Assembly: GCA_963706595.1 (NCBI GenBank)
Contig: OY970166.1
Span: forward strand, 3,456,001 to 3,520,000
Length of the DNA stretch: 64,000 nt
Source: an uncultured cyanobacterium
Lineage (GTDB): Bacteria > Cyanobacteriota > Cyanobacteriia > Cyanobacteriales > Nostocaceae
Reading direction: 5' to 3'
The stretch's first letter is position 1. Each line of letters opens with the position of its first letter. The notes below the pieces were generated by a model. The model made no database searches and was not told the DNA's origin. It saw only the letters and a program-made list of their open reading frames with translations. Positions 36,910 to 49,760 of the stretch are shown here, piece by piece. The translations under genes and the position numbers were made by a program.

Positions 36910-38460
36910 TTATGAAACTGGTGGCGAAATTAAGGTAAATTCTTCAGATGTGCCTAAGACTCGACCGCCAGATAAATTGAGATTCTGTAAACTGGCATGA
37001 TCTAATAGTAAAGAAGATTTATTTGACCACATTTGTTGTAAAACTTTGATATCTGCGGGAATGACTTGACAATCACAGTAAAAATCTAAACTAGGACGCT
37101 GATATGCAAAAGAAGTATAAATTTTAGTTCCTGGGGAAATATGGGCGCGAATTAATGTCGCCACAGGCTTGACCGGAAATGCTTCATTTAACTCCCAAAT
37201 CCAGGATTGCGAACTCATTAATAGTCCTAAAACTAAATACATCCCCGAAAATAGCACAGGAATAAACAAGCGATTTTTCTGTTTAATTAGCCATGCTGCT
37301 ATACTCATGCTGATTGCCAAAATCAGACTCATGGTTATTAACACAGGTTGAGGATCTGCAATAGCAAAGTAAATACATCCTCCGACACCTGCTAAACTAA
37401 TAATAACTAGAAATACTGCCCAATATTTGTTAATTAAATAGCGATGCTGCCAAACTTCGCTCAATTGCGCCCCAATTGCTAAAGCTAAAAAGGGATAAAT
37501 AGGCATGATATACCACGGCAGTTTTGTTCTCATCAAAGAAATGGTGAGAAAATAAACAATTGTCCCGATGAGAACTAGACGCGCCCAAGTAGTATGACGT
37601 TTTTTTGCAGCTAAATATAATCCTCCCGGCAAAAACATCAACCAGGGAAAAGCGTATTTGATTAACTCAATTAAATAGTACCAAGGAGGCGCACTATTAC
37701 CTTCCACAGAAGTTGTGAGACGGTTAAAGGTTTGTGCTTGTAAATTTATTTCTAAGAAATTATTGCCATAATATTGCCATTGGGCAACATACCAAGCCAA
37801 AGGTGCAACTGTACCGAAAAACATTCCCACCCAAAAATAGGGGTTTTTCCACAAAGTTAATTGTCCCTCAGCGATCGCAAATAAACAAGCGATCGCACCT
37901 AGCAACAAAACCAGCATTCCCTTTGTCAGAGTAATTAGCCCCAAGCAAATCCCCACACCCAAAGCATAGGATTTATTTTGACGCGCCTTTAGTAAAAAAA
38001 ATAACAATAATAAGAAAAAAGTAATACTCGCGCCATCTAGCATCGCCAGTCTACCATGACGGACTACAGGCAACATTGTTAAATAAACCAAAGCGGCAAA
38101 CACAGCTGGCAAATTTTGCTGAAACACCAAACCTCCGACTAAGTACAGTGTGGGTACTCCCAAAGCCGTTAGAATTGCACTAGGTAAGCGTGTTGTCCAC
38201 TCATTCACTCCTCCGAGAGAGTAAGCCCAAGCGATTAGTAAGTGGATTAGAGGTGGTTTGTTATGATATGGTTCATCTCCCAACATGGGATAAAGCCAAC
38301 GCATCGAACCAAGGGGGGCGCGCCAAATTTCACGCGCAACTTGTGCTACAGTACCCTCATCCCAGTCACGTAAAGGTAAGTTTCCCAAAAATATTAGCCA
38401 GAGAATCAGAGATCCTACAACCAAGCTAAATAGCCATTCTTTTTCTCGAAATGGACGCAT
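36910..38460 (-). CDS. ArnT/PMT-family (GT39/GT83) glycosyltransferase
   Basis: DWDEG, KPPL, RLPSA, RLAMLD, TKG, KLPWYIMP. Confidence 0.9.
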   Translation of the reverse strand: MRPFREKEWLFSLVVGSLILWLIFLGNLPLRDWDEGTVAQVAREIWRAPLGSMRWLYPMLGDEPYHNKPPLIHLLIAWAYSLGGVNEWTTRLPSAILTALGVPTLYLVGGLVFQQNLPAVFAALVYLTMLPVVRHGRLAMLDGASITFFLLLLFFLLKARQNKSYALGVGICLGLITLTKGMLVLLLGAIACLFAIAEGQLTLWKNPYFWVGMFFGTVAPLAWYVAQWQYYGNNFLEINLQAQTFNRLTTSVEGNSAPPWYYLIELIKYAFPWLMFLPGGLYLAAKKRHTTWARLVLIGTIVYFLTISLMRTKLPWYIMPIYPFLALAIGAQLSEVWQHRYLINKYWAVFLVIISLAGVGGCIYFAIADPQPVLITMSLILAISMSIAAWLIKQKNRLFIPVLFSGMYLVLGLLMSSQSWIWELNEAFPVKPVATLIRAHISPGTKIYTSFAYQRPSLDFYCDCQVIPADIKVLQQMWSNKSSLLLDHASLQNLNLSGGRVLGTSEEFTLISPPVS

Positions 38461-39245
38461 ATCTGAAATTAATATAACTTTTGATCATGATTAGATAATA
38501 GCTTTCAGTATTGCTGAGAGCTAACAAAACATCTTTTTAGCTGAGTCTGGCTTTGGCTTGTGCTGAAGGCGATGAAATATATAAAGATGCTTAAGTTATC
38601 CAACATCCTCTAAATTACGTATTTATCCTACATCTACATCCATTAAAATTCTGATCGTAACGATCTATTTATTGACAAGTAAAAATATTCTCAAAATTTC
38701 AACTACCTTTAGGTAGAAGTTGCCTGAAGTTTCAACATCTATAAAATAACTGAGATGCTGATCAAAATTCTGCGGAATAAATGAGTAAACAGTATAGAGA
38801 GTAACGGCTTAGTTTACCTTAATAATGAGAAACTATATAGAGTTGATTATCATCCGTCTACTTTGTAGCAGTTAAAAGGTCGCAGTCAATAAGTTAAAAA
38901 TTTAACTTTTTCTTAAAAATGAAGCAATCAATGGCAGTCAACATTAAACTATACTCTACCCACTAGACAACCCAAATTTAAAAACATAATTGCTTAAGTA
39001 CAATTAGGTATTATTGTTAAAAATTGACAAATATTGTCTGGCTATTGTTCATCTAAAACCAGATAATTTAGGTTACAGTTGAAGCCTTATCAACCATAGC
39101 CCATATTTCTTAAATTTCTGTAAATCTGTATCTAAAAGTTCTGGATTAGCAGTTAAATTCTGTGTATCTAATATTTAGAGGCAAGTGTGCTGTAAAGTAC
39201 CGTCAGAATTGTGACTGGTGGTTCTACCCTTGAAGGAGCTATGAA

Positions 39246-40157
39246 GTGGAAAACAGTAAGTCGTTTCTTTGGCCGCAAGGAATATTAATTGCGCTACTGG
39301 CCTTGAGTGCTACTTTAAGCATGAGCTTAATGTTACTCATCAAGCCAGATGCTTCTGACGCTCAGAAAAAACAAACTATAGATATAAATAATTTATCTGC
39401 TGCTAAAGTTGGGACACAGCAGCGCATTGAAGCATTAAAGACGGCGATGTTCACCAGTTGGCAGGAAGAAGCCAACATGAAGGGTTTAGCCTCTGCTGCA
39501 CCTCCACGCTTTCAAGGAGCAACCATTAAGGAGGCAAAACTAATTAAAGGTAAGAAAGTAATTGCTCTCACCTTTGATGATGGACCTTGGCCAGAAACTA
39601 CTGCACAAGTGCTGGATATTCTCAAACAAAATAATATTAAAGGGACATTTTTTGTCGTTGGACAGAATGTGAAGAATTATCCCCACTTAGCAAAGCGGGT
39701 GGTTGCTGAAGGTCACTCTATTGCTAATCATACTTGGCATCATTGGTATCATTACATGAATCAAAAGGCGGCTGCTTATGAAGTTGATCACACCTCAAAT
39801 TTGATTTATCAAACTACAGGTGTAAAAACAAATTTGTTTAGACCACCTGGGGGGATCATGCATAATGGGGTAGCTGCCTATGCTAGAAATAGCAAGTATG
39901 CCATCATTATGTGGTCATCTGATTCATTAGATTATTCACGCCCTAGTGTTCCAAACTTAGTTAATAATGTTTTCAGGAACGCCACACCCGGAGGTATTGT
40001 TTTATTACACGATGGTGGTGGTAATCGTTCCCAAACTGTGCAAGCATTACCAGAAATTATTAGTAAGTTTCGCCAGCAAGGCTATAGTTTTGTGACTGTT
40101 CCAGAACTTTTAATGATGGAAGATAAGGAGCAAAGATTGTTAGCAAATAAAAAGTAA
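39246..40157 (+). CDS. Polysaccharide deacetylase (NodB/CE4)
   Basis: LTFDDGP, NHTWHH, FRPPGG, DSLDY, IVLLHDGG. Confidence 0.95.
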   Translation: MENSKSFLWPQGILIALLALSATLSMSLMLLIKPDASDAQKKQTIDINNLSAAKVGTQQRIEALKTAMFTSWQEEANMKGLASAAPPRFQGATIKEAKLIKGKKVIALTFDDGPWPETTAQVLDILKQNNIKGTFFVVGQNVKNYPHLAKRVVAEGHSIANHTWHHWYHYMNQKAAAYEVDHTSNLIYQTTGVKTNLFRPPGGIMHNGVAAYARNSKYAIIMWSSDSLDYSRPSVPNLVNNVFRNATPGGIVLLHDGGGNRSQTVQALPEIISKFRQQGYSFVTVPELLMMEDKEQRLLANKK

Positions 40158-40189
40158 TATTTATTTGGTTTGTGAATATTATAAAGTTT

Positions 40190-40222
40190 AGATCCCCGAC
40201 TTTTCTAAAAAGTCGGGGATCT
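40190..40222. repeat. AGATCCCCGACTTTT/AAAAGTCGGGGATCT palindrome (copy 3), probable bidirectional terminator
   Basis: Lies between convergent deacetylase and glutamate synthase genes. Confidence 0.85.
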
Positions 40223-40234
40223 TTTGGTTCGCAA

Positions 40235-43200
40235 TTAAACTGAACTCAACTGTTTTTCGAGAACAGCTTGGGGATTTGCTTCGGGACTATCAGCTTCAGA
40301 AGGTGGAACCAATTGCCAGAACTTAGGCAAATATTCTGACCAATTTTGCAGAATCATTTTCGCTTTTGGTGAACCAGTGCGATCGCCATGAGTTTTAATT
40401 AATTCTTGCAGTTGTTTTGCACCGGCGGCTGTCAGCACTCGCTGGATTTTGACAATTTCAGGATTAACTGATTCCGGGAATGAATTGTCTTCATCTAAGA
40501 AATATGCCAGTCCCCCAGTCATCCCCGCGCCGACGTTACGCCCAACTTTGCCGAGGACAACAATCACGCCACCAGTCATGTACTCGCAGCAATGATCCCC
40601 AGCGCCTTCAATTACTGCCATACCTTTAGAGTTGCGTACAGCAAAGCGTTCTCCGGCTAAACCGTTGGCAAACAATACTCCACCGGTAGAACCATAAAGA
40701 CAGGTATTGCCAACTATCACATTTTCTGCTGGGTCATAAGTGGCATCAGCCGGGGGTTTGATGATAATTTCACCACCGTGCATTCCCTTACCTACGTAGT
40801 CGTTGGCTTCTCCTTCTAATGAGAGAATCATGCCAGGAAGGTTGAAAGCACCAAAGCTTTGTCCCACACTACCTTGGAAATTGAGGTTAATTTGTCCTTC
40901 AAAACCACTATCACCATATTGGGAAGCGATCGCACCTGCCAACCGTGCGCCCACTGTTCTATCGGTATTGACTAACTTTAAGCTTTTGCTAACAGTGGAT
41001 TGATTACTAATAGCCGCTTGAATTTCGGGATCAGCCAGGAATTGGTCATCTATCACCGCACCGTTGCTGTGAACTTCTTCATGTACCAACCAGCTACGAT
41101 CATTTTTGGCATCTGGTAGCTGAAGTAAACAATCAAGGTTGAGTCCTTGGGTTTTAGTAACTGTTGCATCGGCGCGTGTTGTTAACAAATCAGCACGTCC
41201 CACGATATCCAACAAAGAACGGTATCCCAGTCTAGCTAAAAGATGACGCACTTCTTCAGCTATAAAGCAGAAGAAATTCACAACGTGTTCCGGCATTCCT
41301 GTGAACCGTTTGCGGAGTTCTTCCTTCTGAGAAGCAACACCCACAGGGCAGTTATTCGTGTGGCAAATCCGCGCCATAATACAGCCTTCAGCAATCATGG
41401 CGATGGAACCAAAACCGAATTCCTCACCACCCATTAATGCACCTATTACCACGTCCCAACCACTTTTCAGCCCACCGTCTACACGCAAAATTACTCTGTC
41501 TCGCAGGCCGTTTTGCATCAAAACTCGATGTACTTCACTTAAACCCAGTTCCCACGGTGAACCAGCGTGTTTAATGGAACTCAGAGGTGATGCACCAGTA
41601 CCACCATCATGACCAGATACTTGAATGATATCGGCGTTAGCTTTCGCAACACCCGCCGCAATCGTCCCAATACCAATTTCTGCCACCAATTTCACTGATA
41701 CCTGGGCTTTGGGGTTAATTTGGTGCAGGTCAAAAATTAGCTGTGCTAAATCTTCAATGGAATAAATATCATGGTGCGGTGGTGGTGAAATCAGTGTCAC
41801 ACCGGGTTTGGAACGCCTTAACATCGCAATGTAAGGACTAACTTTTGGACCCGGTAACTGTCCACCTTCCCCAGGTTTTGCACCTTGGGCAATTTTGATT
41901 TCGATTTGTCTGGCGCTGCTTAAATATCCTGGTGTGACACCAAAGCGTCCTGATGCGACTTGTTTAATGGCACTAGAAGCTGTGTCACCATTTCGCAATC
42001 CATGTAAATGGGGCAGAGTTGGAGATTTACCTGCTGCATCTACATCATTCAGCACCTTATAGCGGACTGGATCTTCGCCGCCTTCGCCTGAGTTAGATTT
42101 TCCGCCAATGCGGTTCATGGCGATCGCCAAAGTTTCATGGGCTTCTCGTGACAACGCGCCCAAAGACATCCCACCAGTGCAGAAGCGTTTGAGAATCTCA
42201 CTGACTGATTCTACTTCTTCTAAAGGAATGGGCGAGCGATCGCTTTCAAAATCCAGCAAATCACGCAAAGCTGTCACCGGTCGGCCTTGGAGATGCTGTT
42301 TGTAAACCTCATAGTGATCATATTGCTTCCCATCCACAGCTTTATGCAGCGCCTTAGCCAATTCCGGGTTATTCATGTGGTACTCACCCTTGGGAAGACA
42401 CTGCACAAAACCCAAATTTTCTAACTTCTTCGCAGTCAGTTCGGGAAAAGCCTTGCTATGGAAAGACAGCACCTCTTGCGCCAATTCGCTCACACTTAAC
42501 CCACCAATGCGGGAAGTTGTGCCGTAGAATCCCAGTTTTAATAAATCCCCACCAATCCCAATAGCTTCAAAAATTTGTGCTGCTTGATAGCTGGAAAGTA
42601 AAGAAATTCCCATCTTAGAGAGAATTTTCAGTAACCCGGAATTTATGGCTTGACGGTAATTTCCGATAGCTTCATCTAAAGTCAGAGTAGCAATTTTACC
42701 CCGTTCCATGAAGCTTTGAGTTTTGGGTTCAAACCACCAATTGCGGACAGTATCCAAAGCTGTGTAAGGACAAACAGCATCCACACCATAACCAATCAGA
42801 CAAGCAAAATGATGTGTACTCCAGCACTGGGCTGTATTCACAATCAGCGAAGTTTTGGTTCGTAATCCTTGGCGAATCAAATAATGATGTACAGCACCTG
42901 CGGCTAACAAAGGCGGAATATAGGTATAGTCTGTACCGATACCATTTTCTCCTTCCAGGTGAAGGTCACTCAAAATTAAAATCTTTGCTCCTGCCTTGAC
43001 AGATTCCGCAGCTTGTGCTTGCAAAGACTCTACAGCATTTTTCAAACCATCGGGACCATTAGCAATAGCAAACAACGTCGATAATTGCGCCGTTGCAAAT
43101 CCTGATAATTGAATCGCTTCCAATTCCGTCTCAGTCAACACAGGCGATTCTAATTTCAGTTTTCGGGCGTGTTCTGGCTTCACTTCCAGTAAATTACCCC

Positions 43201-44914
43201 GTTCGCCCAGTTCCACATTCAGCGACATCACCAACTTTTCCCGTAACGGGTCAATAGCTGGGTTAGTCACTTGTGCAAAACGCTGTTTAAAATAGTCATA
43301 CAGCAGGTGAGGTTTTTCTGACAGCACCGCTAGAGGAATATCATCCCCCATGCAGAAAGTCGCTTCTTTACCCTCAGCCGCCATTGGCTGAATCACCATT
43401 TCTACATCTTCTGTGGTGTAGCCAAAGGCTAATTGATGACGTAGTAAGGTTTGTTTATCACTTCGACTCCGCTCAGTGTTAACAATTGTGTTTGCAGGAG
43501 AATGACTCTTGCCATTACCGTTAACTGATGAAGGCTGACTAACAAGGTGTTTCAGTTCTTGACGATATTGTTTTAACCATTCCCCATAGGGATGCTGCTT
43601 GGCGATACGTTGCTTAATTTCCCAATTCTTCAGCACTTCATGATTGACTAAATCTACAGCAATCATTTGTCCTGGGCCAAGTCTGCCTTTTTCCACAATG
43701 TTGGCTTCTGGGATTTCAACTACACCAGCTTCGGAAGCCACCACAATATAATCATCTTTAGTAATGATGTAACGGGCTGGTCTTAAACCGTTACGGTCTA
43801 AGGTTGCACCAACTTTTTCCCCATCACTAAATACTAAAAGTGCTGGACCATCCCAGGATTCTTGCAGACCACTGTAATATTCGTAGAAATCAACAATTTC
43901 TGGATATTTCTGCAAAGAAGGCTGATTTTGATATGCCTCTGGCACCATCATCATTAAAGCTTCCAAGGGGCTGCGTCCAGAAAGCACCATTAATTCCAGG
44001 ACGTTATCTAAAGTCGCCGAGTCACTATTATCAATGTGAACTAAGGGCTTGAATTCATCCGCGCGATTTCCCCATACTGGATGATTTAGGCTGGCTTCTC
44101 GTGCGGTCATCCAGTTGATGTTACCCAGTAGAGTATTAATTTCACCGTTATGACCCAATAGCCGCATTGGTTGGGCTAGAGGCCACTTCGGTAGTGTATT
44201 GGTACTAAAGCGGCGATGATAAACTGCAAAAGCACTTTTGTAAGCTGGATTTTTTAAATCTAGATAAAAGTCTCCCAAAATAGCAGAACGCACCATGCCT
44301 TTATAAACAATTGTGCGACTGGACAAGGAGCAAATATAGAATTCTTCGGAGATATTTTTGGTAGCTTTGAAAATTCTTCTGCGGGTGATATATAGTTCTC
44401 TTTCTAGTTCTTCACCACTCTTATCGGCTGATGCGAGAAAAACTTGTTCTATCTGGGGTTGATTTTCTCTTGCTTGTCTCCCCAGTAAATGAGGCTGCAC
44501 TGGTACTACTCGCCAACCCAGGACAGTGAATTTTTCTTCTGCGGCTATTTGCTCAATAGTGGCTTTAGCTTTTGCGGCTATTTCGGGATTTTGGGGTAAA
44601 AATAGCATTCCTACCGCCACATTTCCAGCAATATAGTCCTTTTGGAACAACTCCCAAGGGATAGCTGTCAATATTCCTGCACCATCACCAGAATCTTGGT
44701 CAGCGCTACAACCACCCCGGTGTTCTAAGCAGGTCAAAGCAGCTAAAGATTTTGTGACAATTTCATGGCTAGCATGATTCTGGCGATGAGCAATAAAACC
44801 TACACCACAGGCATCTCGTTCTTCTACTAACCACCTTTGTCCCTGATAATTCTCCTGAGAGTGAATATCTGAATTTTTCATTGTTTGTGATTGATGCATC
44901 GCTTTATCTTTCAT
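40235..44914 (-). CDS. glsF: Ferredoxin-dependent glutamate synthase
   Basis: ERDACGVGF (N-terminal Cys), [56 protein letters not shown] domain; no gltD adjacent; exact start Met uncertain. Confidence 0.95.
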   Translation of the reverse strand: MKDKAMHQSQTMKNSDIHSQENYQGQRWLVEERDACGVGFIAHRQNHASHEIVTKSLAALTCLEHRGGCSADQDSGDGAGILTAIPWELFQKDYIAGNVAVGMLFLPQNPEIAAKAKATIEQIAAEEKFTVLGWRVVPVQPHLLGRQARENQPQIEQVFLASADKSGEELERELYITRRRIFKATKNISEEFYICSLSSRTIVYKGMVRSAILGDFYLDLKNPAYKSAFAVYHRRFSTNTLPKWPLAQPMRLLGHNGEINTLLGNINWMTAREASLNHPVWGNRADEFKPLVHIDNSDSATLDNVLELMVLSGRSPLEALMMMVPEAYQNQPSLQKYPEIVDFYEYYSGLQESWDGPALLVFSDGEKVGATLDRNGLRPARYIITKDDYIVVASEAGVVEIPEANIVEKGRLGPGQMIAVDLVNHEVLKNWEIKQRIAKQHPYGEWLKQYRQELKHLVSQPSSVNGNGKSHSPANTIVNTERSRSDKQTLLRHQLAFGYTTEDVEMVIQPMAAEGKEATFCMGDDIPLAVLSEKPHLLYDYFKQRFAQVTNPAIDPLREKLVMSLNVELGERGNLLEVKPEHARKLKLESPVLTETELEAIQLSGFATAQLSTLFAIANGPDGLKNAVESLQAQAAESVKAGAKILILSDLHLEGENGIGTDYTYIPPLLAAGAVHHYLIRQGLRTKTSLIVNTAQCWSTHHFACLIGYGVDAVCPYTALDTVRNWWFEPKTQSFMERGKIATLTLDEAIGNYRQAINSGLLKILSKMGISLLSSYQAAQIFEAIGIGGDLLKLGFYGTTSRIGGLSVSELAQEVLSFHSKAFPELTAKKLENLGFVQCLPKGEYHMNNPELAKALHKAVDGKQYDHYEVYKQHLQGRPVTALRDLLDFESDRSPIPLEEVESVSEILKRFCTGGMSLGALSREAHETLAIAMNRIGGKSNSGEGGEDPVRYKVLNDVDAAGKSPTLPHLHGLRNGDTASSAIKQVASGRFGVTPGYLSSARQIEIKIAQGAKPGEGGQLPGPKVSPYIAMLRRSKPGVTLISPPPHHDIYSIEDLAQLIFDLHQINPKAQVSVKLVAEIGIGTIAAGVAKANADIIQVSGHDGGTGASPLSSIKHAGSPWELGLSEVHRVLMQNGLRDRVILRVDGGLKSGWDVVIGALMGGEEFGFGSIAMIAEGCIMARICHTNNCPVGVASQKEELRKRFTGMPEHVVNFFCFIAEEVRHLLARLGYRSLLDIVGRADLLTTRADATVTKTQGLNLDCLLQLPDAKNDRSWLVHEEVHSNGAVIDDQFLADPEIQAAISNQSTVSKSLKLVNTDRTVGARLAGAIASQYGDSGFEGQINLNFQGSVGQSFGAFNLPGMILSLEGEANDYVGKGMHGGEIIIKPPADATYDPAENVIVGNTCLYGSTGGVLFANGLAGERFAVRNSKGMAVIEGAGDHCCEYMTGGVIVVLGKVGRNVGAGMTGGLAYFLDEDNSFPESVNPEIVKIQRVLTAAGAKQLQELIKTHGDRTGSPKAKMILQNWSEYLPKFWQLVPPSEADSPEANPQAVLEKQLSSV

Positions 44915-45838
44915 AGCCTGTTCCTGAGATGGTTAGTCACAAATCTTGCCAGTATTTGTGAGAAAAATTTGCTAGTCCTGAGCGTAGCCCAAGGGCTAAG
45001 GTTGGTTCCCTGAGAAATACATAAACAACAACAACCGAAATTTAGGGAAAAAAATTTTAACTTCGGATTTCTTTTCTTCTTGTTTAACCCTGTTAAAATC
45101 TGTGCAGTACTTTTTTATACCTTTAGTGGGAATGATATGTGAGACTATACCGCCCTCACAGCCCTTTTATTTATATCGTGATAGCACCACGTAGGGTTAT
45201 CCATAGCTATTTTTTTGCTCAATTCCCTCTTCCCAGATTCAGATTAGCTTTCAAATAAAACGTGTTTGGCTTACAAATAACACAACCAGCGTTTTAAAGG
45301 CCAAAATAATCCTGATTCAGGCACAAAATCAAGGTATTATACAACATGACCAGTTGAAAATCCCTAGAAATATCTGTTGTTGTATATATTCTTTATTTTT
45401 TGCTGAACATTATTATCTGTATTGCAACAACACAGACCTCACTTAAATAGCAATCATCGGTGAGGATTAGATATTCTCACTCAGTTTGAAGCACTAAAAC
45501 TACTGTGTATAGTCCAACTGAAAAAAGTGATAGTTAAAACACTTAGTAACAGTGCTTTTAGTGGTATGATTACCTTTTAAGTTTTACAAGAGATAGATAG
45601 CCAATATACAGGCTATCATATTTATTCAAAAATAAAATCACTATTTTTTAAGGTTTCCTCACAATTAGTTAACTCAGTGGTGAGACTCAAACGCGATAAA
45701 TTACGTCTATTGAAGATATTGCGTCAGAGGAAAGGAGCGTGAGCATCGGACAAAATTCAGTGGCTTTATTGCTCAGAGCCATCAAAACTTTCCTCACAGA
45801 TCCAACTACCAGTAGATTTTTTAAAAGTAGCTGTAAAA

Positions 45839-47821
45839 ATGTCAAATCGCCTCATCAGAAAACATCACAGCCCTATTACTAAAAAGGCTAAACAAAAGTT
45901 ATTCCGGTCTATAGCACCAATAATCGTGGCTATTACGATCTTATCTTTATCTGCTACCCAAGCTCCTAGCGCCCAGAAATCGCCAATTCATCCTGAAGCA
46001 ACTCCACCAGAGTTAATTGTCCAGTCACCCACCCCGAACGCCGCAGCATTAGGGAATGGTAATCAAATTACCCTCAATGGTCGTACCTTGTCAGGGGCTT
46101 GGTTGCAGCAGCGCGGAACCGACGGACAGCTAAAAACTCATCTGAGTGATGGGGCTTTTAGGCAGTTTATTGGAGTCGATTTTTTAAGCAGCAACAGTGC
46201 AGCCAAACAACCAGTAGAGTGGTTTTCGTCAGTTAATCAACCACTGATTTTAGCTACAAGACTGTTAAAAGGGTATCGCTATGTGGATATTACTAATTTT
46301 GCCCAAACAGCAGGTTGGCAATTTCAAGCCAATGGTAATATTTTAGCGATCGCAATTCCACCAGCCCAGGTCAAAAATATTCGTCAGAGTCAGCAACCTT
46401 CAGGCGTAAGTCATCCTCCTTTCAACTCGGCTCGCATCGTCTTAGATTTAGATCGCCCAGTACCTTGGCAACTTTCCCAAGGCTTACCCATAAATAGACC
46501 TGTTGACTCTGACGGACCAACCACCCAAGCAACCACACCACTCAATAGAGAGTGGGTAGTGATCTTAGAAGGCACAGCCGACCCAGCTTTAATTCAACAA
46601 TATGCGCCGCCAACTTCACTCCCACAATTACCTGCACAACCAACTCCAGAACCACTAATTACAAAATTGGAGGTAGTCAACAACCGTACACTTATTAGTC
46701 TGAGTGTGCCTTTTGGGATGTCTCCCCAGGTGATGACTTTAGCAAACCCTAACCGCTTGGTAATTGACCTTCGTGCCGATGCGCTCGTACAACGAGATAT
46801 TACTTGGGCTTCTGGATTGCGCTGGCGACAGCAATTAGTCAATTTAGGTACAGACCGTTTTCCTGTAGTTTGGTTAGATATTAATCCCCGTCAAGCTGGG
46901 TTAACTTTAAAACCCATTGGCGCAGAACCCAACAACCAAACGGGTACTGCACCACTCATTCAAATGGCACAGCAGTCTTTAGCTGTAGCCGCAATCAATG
47001 CTGGTTATTTCAACCGGAATAATAGATTACCTTTAGGGGCAATTCGGCGGGATAATCAATGGTTATCAGGGCCGATTCTTAACCGGGGAGCGATCGCTTG
47101 GAATGATTCTGGGCAATTTTACTTAGGTCGTCTCACTTTACAAGAAACTTTAGTCGCTCCTAATAATCAGCGATTACCGATTCTATTCCTCAATAGTGGC
47201 TACGTTCAGAGTGGTATGGCTCGTTATACCCCAACTTGGGGAAGTAGCTACACGCCTTTAACAGACAACGAAATTCTCCTTGTTGTCCAAAAAGACCGAG
47301 TGACAAATCAGTTACCAGGTGGAAAAGCTGGTGCAACAGCCGTTCCCATTCCCTCAGATGGCTACCTATTAACCTTACGTGCCAACGCTACTAATACTGC
47401 ATCGAAATTACCTATTGGCACAGCAGTCAGTATTACTAGCAGCACTAATTCGGCTGAATTTAACCGCTATCCCCAAATTATGGGAGCCGGACCGCTGTTG
47501 GTACAAAATAATAAAATTGTCCTTGACGCTGAAGGCGAAAAGTTCAGTAAAGCTTTTAGTACACAAAAAGCGATTCGTAGTGGCATTTGTACCACAGCAA
47601 GCGGCTCTTTAATGATTGCGGCTGTTCACAATCGGGCTGGAGGATTAGGCCCAACCTTGGCGGAACACGCCCAATTAATGAAGAATATTGGTTGCGTGAA
47701 TGCCCTCAATTTAGACGGTGGTAGTTCAACTAGTCTTTATCTGGGAGGACAACTACTCGACCGTTCCCCAAATACTGCTGCACGTGTCCACAATGGTATT
47801 GGGGTTTTCTTGCCACAGTAA
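45839..47821 (+). CDS. Secreted phosphodiester glycosidase (NAGPA) family protein
   Basis: AAINAGYF, GAGPLLV, ALNLDGGSS; AMIN-like PNRLVIDL segment. Confidence 0.88.
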   Translation: MSNRLIRKHHSPITKKAKQKLFRSIAPIIVAITILSLSATQAPSAQKSPIHPEATPPELIVQSPTPNAAALGNGNQITLNGRTLSGAWLQQRGTDGQLKTHLSDGAFRQFIGVDFLSSNSAAKQPVEWFSSVNQPLILATRLLKGYRYVDITNFAQTAGWQFQANGNILAIAIPPAQVKNIRQSQQPSGVSHPPFNSARIVLDLDRPVPWQLSQGLPINRPVDSDGPTTQATTPLNREWVVILEGTADPALIQQYAPPTSLPQLPAQPTPEPLITKLEVVNNRTLISLSVPFGMSPQVMTLANPNRLVIDLRADALVQRDITWASGLRWRQQLVNLGTDRFPVVWLDINPRQAGLTLKPIGAEPNNQTGTAPLIQMAQQSLAVAAINAGYFNRNNRLPLGAIRRDNQWLSGPILNRGAIAWNDSGQFYLGRLTLQETLVAPNNQRLPILFLNSGYVQSGMARYTPTWGSSYTPLTDNEILLVVQKDRVTNQLPGGKAGATAVPIPSDGYLLTLRANATNTASKLPIGTAVSITSSTNSAEFNRYPQIMGAGPLLVQNNKIVLDAEGEKFSKAFSTQKAIRSGICTTASGSLMIAAVHNRAGGLGPTLAEHAQLMKNIGCVNALNLDGGSSTSLYLGGQLLDRSPNTAARVHNGIGVFLPQ

Positions 47822-48133
47822 TTAATTACGGAGTGGAGAGTAAAGAATTTGGGATTTTGGATTTTAGATTCCAGTTTAGTGACCAAGATCTAAAATTGAT
47901 TGACCAATGACCAATCCTTTTTAAAGTTAAGGATAAGCTGCCTGATGTTGGATGAAGACTTAGTATAGATATCCCAGTTTTAGCAGTAATTCTTTACACC
48001 TTTAAGTTTAATTTTGCTATGTTTAGCAAGGTATAACTAAATGAATGAATTTTACGGTTGTAAAATTACGCTAAATTTTTCCATTAATGTTTAAGACTAA
48101 TGACGGTTTGTTATGTCGATCAATGAGGTAACT

Positions 48134-48553
48134 ATGGCTCAACTTCAAGAAACCACACAAACTAACACTCTGCCTCTACCTGTGGCGATCGCTAATAAAG
48201 GCATTGCGGCCACGGAACTGCGTCCTTGGGGTTCTTTTACAGTCTTGGAAGAAGGGCGCGGATATAAAATCAAACGGATCGAAGTCAAGCCTGGACACCG
48301 CCTCAGTCTGCAAATGCACCATCACCGCAGCGAACACTGGATTGTTGTCTCTGGTACAGCTAGGGTCGTTTGTGGTGAGCAAGAAGTACTGTTGAGCAAC
48401 AATGAATCAACCTATGTCCCCCAATGTACGTCCCATCGTCTAGAGAATCCTGGTGTGATTCCTTTAGTCTTAATTGAAGTCCAAAATGGCGAATATTTAG
48501 GTGAGGATGATATCATTCGCTACCAAGATGACTATGCCCGGACTAAGGTTTAA
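48134..48553 (+). CDS. Mannose-6-phosphate isomerase type II C-terminal cupin protein
   Basis: RPWGSF, LSLQMHHHRSEHW, HRLENPG, EVQNGEYLGEDDI. Confidence 0.92.
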   Translation: MAQLQETTQTNTLPLPVAIANKGIAATELRPWGSFTVLEEGRGYKIKRIEVKPGHRLSLQMHHHRSEHWIVVSGTARVVCGEQEVLLSNNESTYVPQCTSHRLENPGVIPLVLIEVQNGEYLGEDDIIRYQDDYARTKV

Positions 48554-48937
48554 CACCGTCATAGCGCTACTAGGGGTGTAATAATTACAAGCTCACATAC
48601 TGATTATTTCTGCAACCCATCTGAAATAAATACAGTCAAAGAAGAGGAAAGAGAGTTAAGCCGGATAATTACAAAGTAATTTCAATCCCTCCTGCTCCCA
48701 GATCCTCTGCCTCTTCTGTCCCTACCGAAATTTAGGTGGGGACTAACACTCAATAGTGATATGCTTAGGTCATAATAGTAATTTATGAATAACAGGCAGG
48801 ATTAGAAGTGACTAGTCAAGCACAGACTCATATCTAGTCCAAAAAAATCAAAAAAAGATTTTTGGTCAAGTGTGATTTTTGTACTTCACCCGTCTGTAAG
48901 ATTTAAGATGGGCTTTTTTATGGCCAAAACTAACTTT

Positions 48938-49276
48938 ATGATTCACCTGAGTCAAGCAGCCATTAGTGAAATTGGGCGATTACAGTTAAAACAGCAACCA
49001 AATGCTTTGTTGAGATTAACAATTAAGCTGGGCGGCTGTTCTGGCTGGTTCTATGATATGTCTTTTGATGAAACTGTCAAAGCTAGCGATCGCGTCTTTA
49101 ACTTAAGCGGGATTAAAGTTGTCATAGATCACGAAAGCTTGAATTATGTAAATGGGTTGGCATTGGATTATTCAGAAGATTTAATGGGTGGGGGTTTTCG
49201 CTTCCACAACCCTCAAGCGATCGCTACCTGTGGTTGTGGTAATTCTTTCTCCATTGCTACACCCAGCTCTGTTTAA
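48938..49276 (+). CDS. HesB/IscA family Fe-S cluster assembly accessory protein
   Basis: GGCSG, LDYSEDLMGGGFRF.NP, TCGCGNSF; likely start MIHLS at 48938. Confidence 0.92.
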   Translation: MIHLSQAAISEIGRLQLKQQPNALLRLTIKLGGCSGWFYDMSFDETVKASDRVFNLSGIKVVIDHESLNYVNGLALDYSEDLMGGGFRFHNPQAIATCGCGNSFSIATPSSV

Positions 49277-49375
49277 TTAAAAAAAATCTATAAGTTTGAC
49301 ATAAAAGCCCAAAAAAAGATATAATCAGGATTTGTTAAAACTTAGAACTCTAAGCAGCTTTACGCGCTGTAACTC

Positions 49376-49760
49376 ATGCCAACAATACAGCAACTCATAC
49401 GTACTGAACGCGAAAAAGCGCGTCAGAAAACGAAATCGCCAGCTCTGAAGCAATGCCCACAACGTCGGGGTGTTTGTACCAGAGTATACACAACTACACC
49501 GAAGAAGCCGAACTCGAGCTCTACGTAAAGTAGCAAGAGTCAGACTAACCTCTGGATTTGAAGTCACAGCTTACATTCCAGGTATCGGTCACAACTTACA
49601 AGAACACTCAGTAGTCATGATTCGTGGCGGTCGGGTGAAAGATTTACCAGGTGTGAGATACCACATTATCCGTGGCACCTTAGATACAGCTGGAGTCAAA
49701 GACCGCAAGCAAGGGCGTTCCAAGTATGGAACCAAGCGCCCGAAAGAAGCGAAAAAATAG
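49376..49760 (+). CDS. rpsL: 30S ribosomal protein S12 (apparent +1 frameshift at 49516-49517)
   Basis: MPTIQQLIR...[12 protein letters not shown] from ATG 49376, then [13 protein letters not shown]...DLPGVRY in the next frame. Confidence 0.97.

Noticed and set aside
44915..45838. NtcA box or sRNA upstream of glsF
   Set aside because: No convincing GTA-N8-TAC site or terminator-bounded RNA could be identified by eye.
49376..49760. rpsL pseudogene or programmed frameshift
   Set aside because: Essential gene that is otherwise fully conserved, no slippery sequence at the site, and similar indels are scattered across the window; most likely a consensus error.
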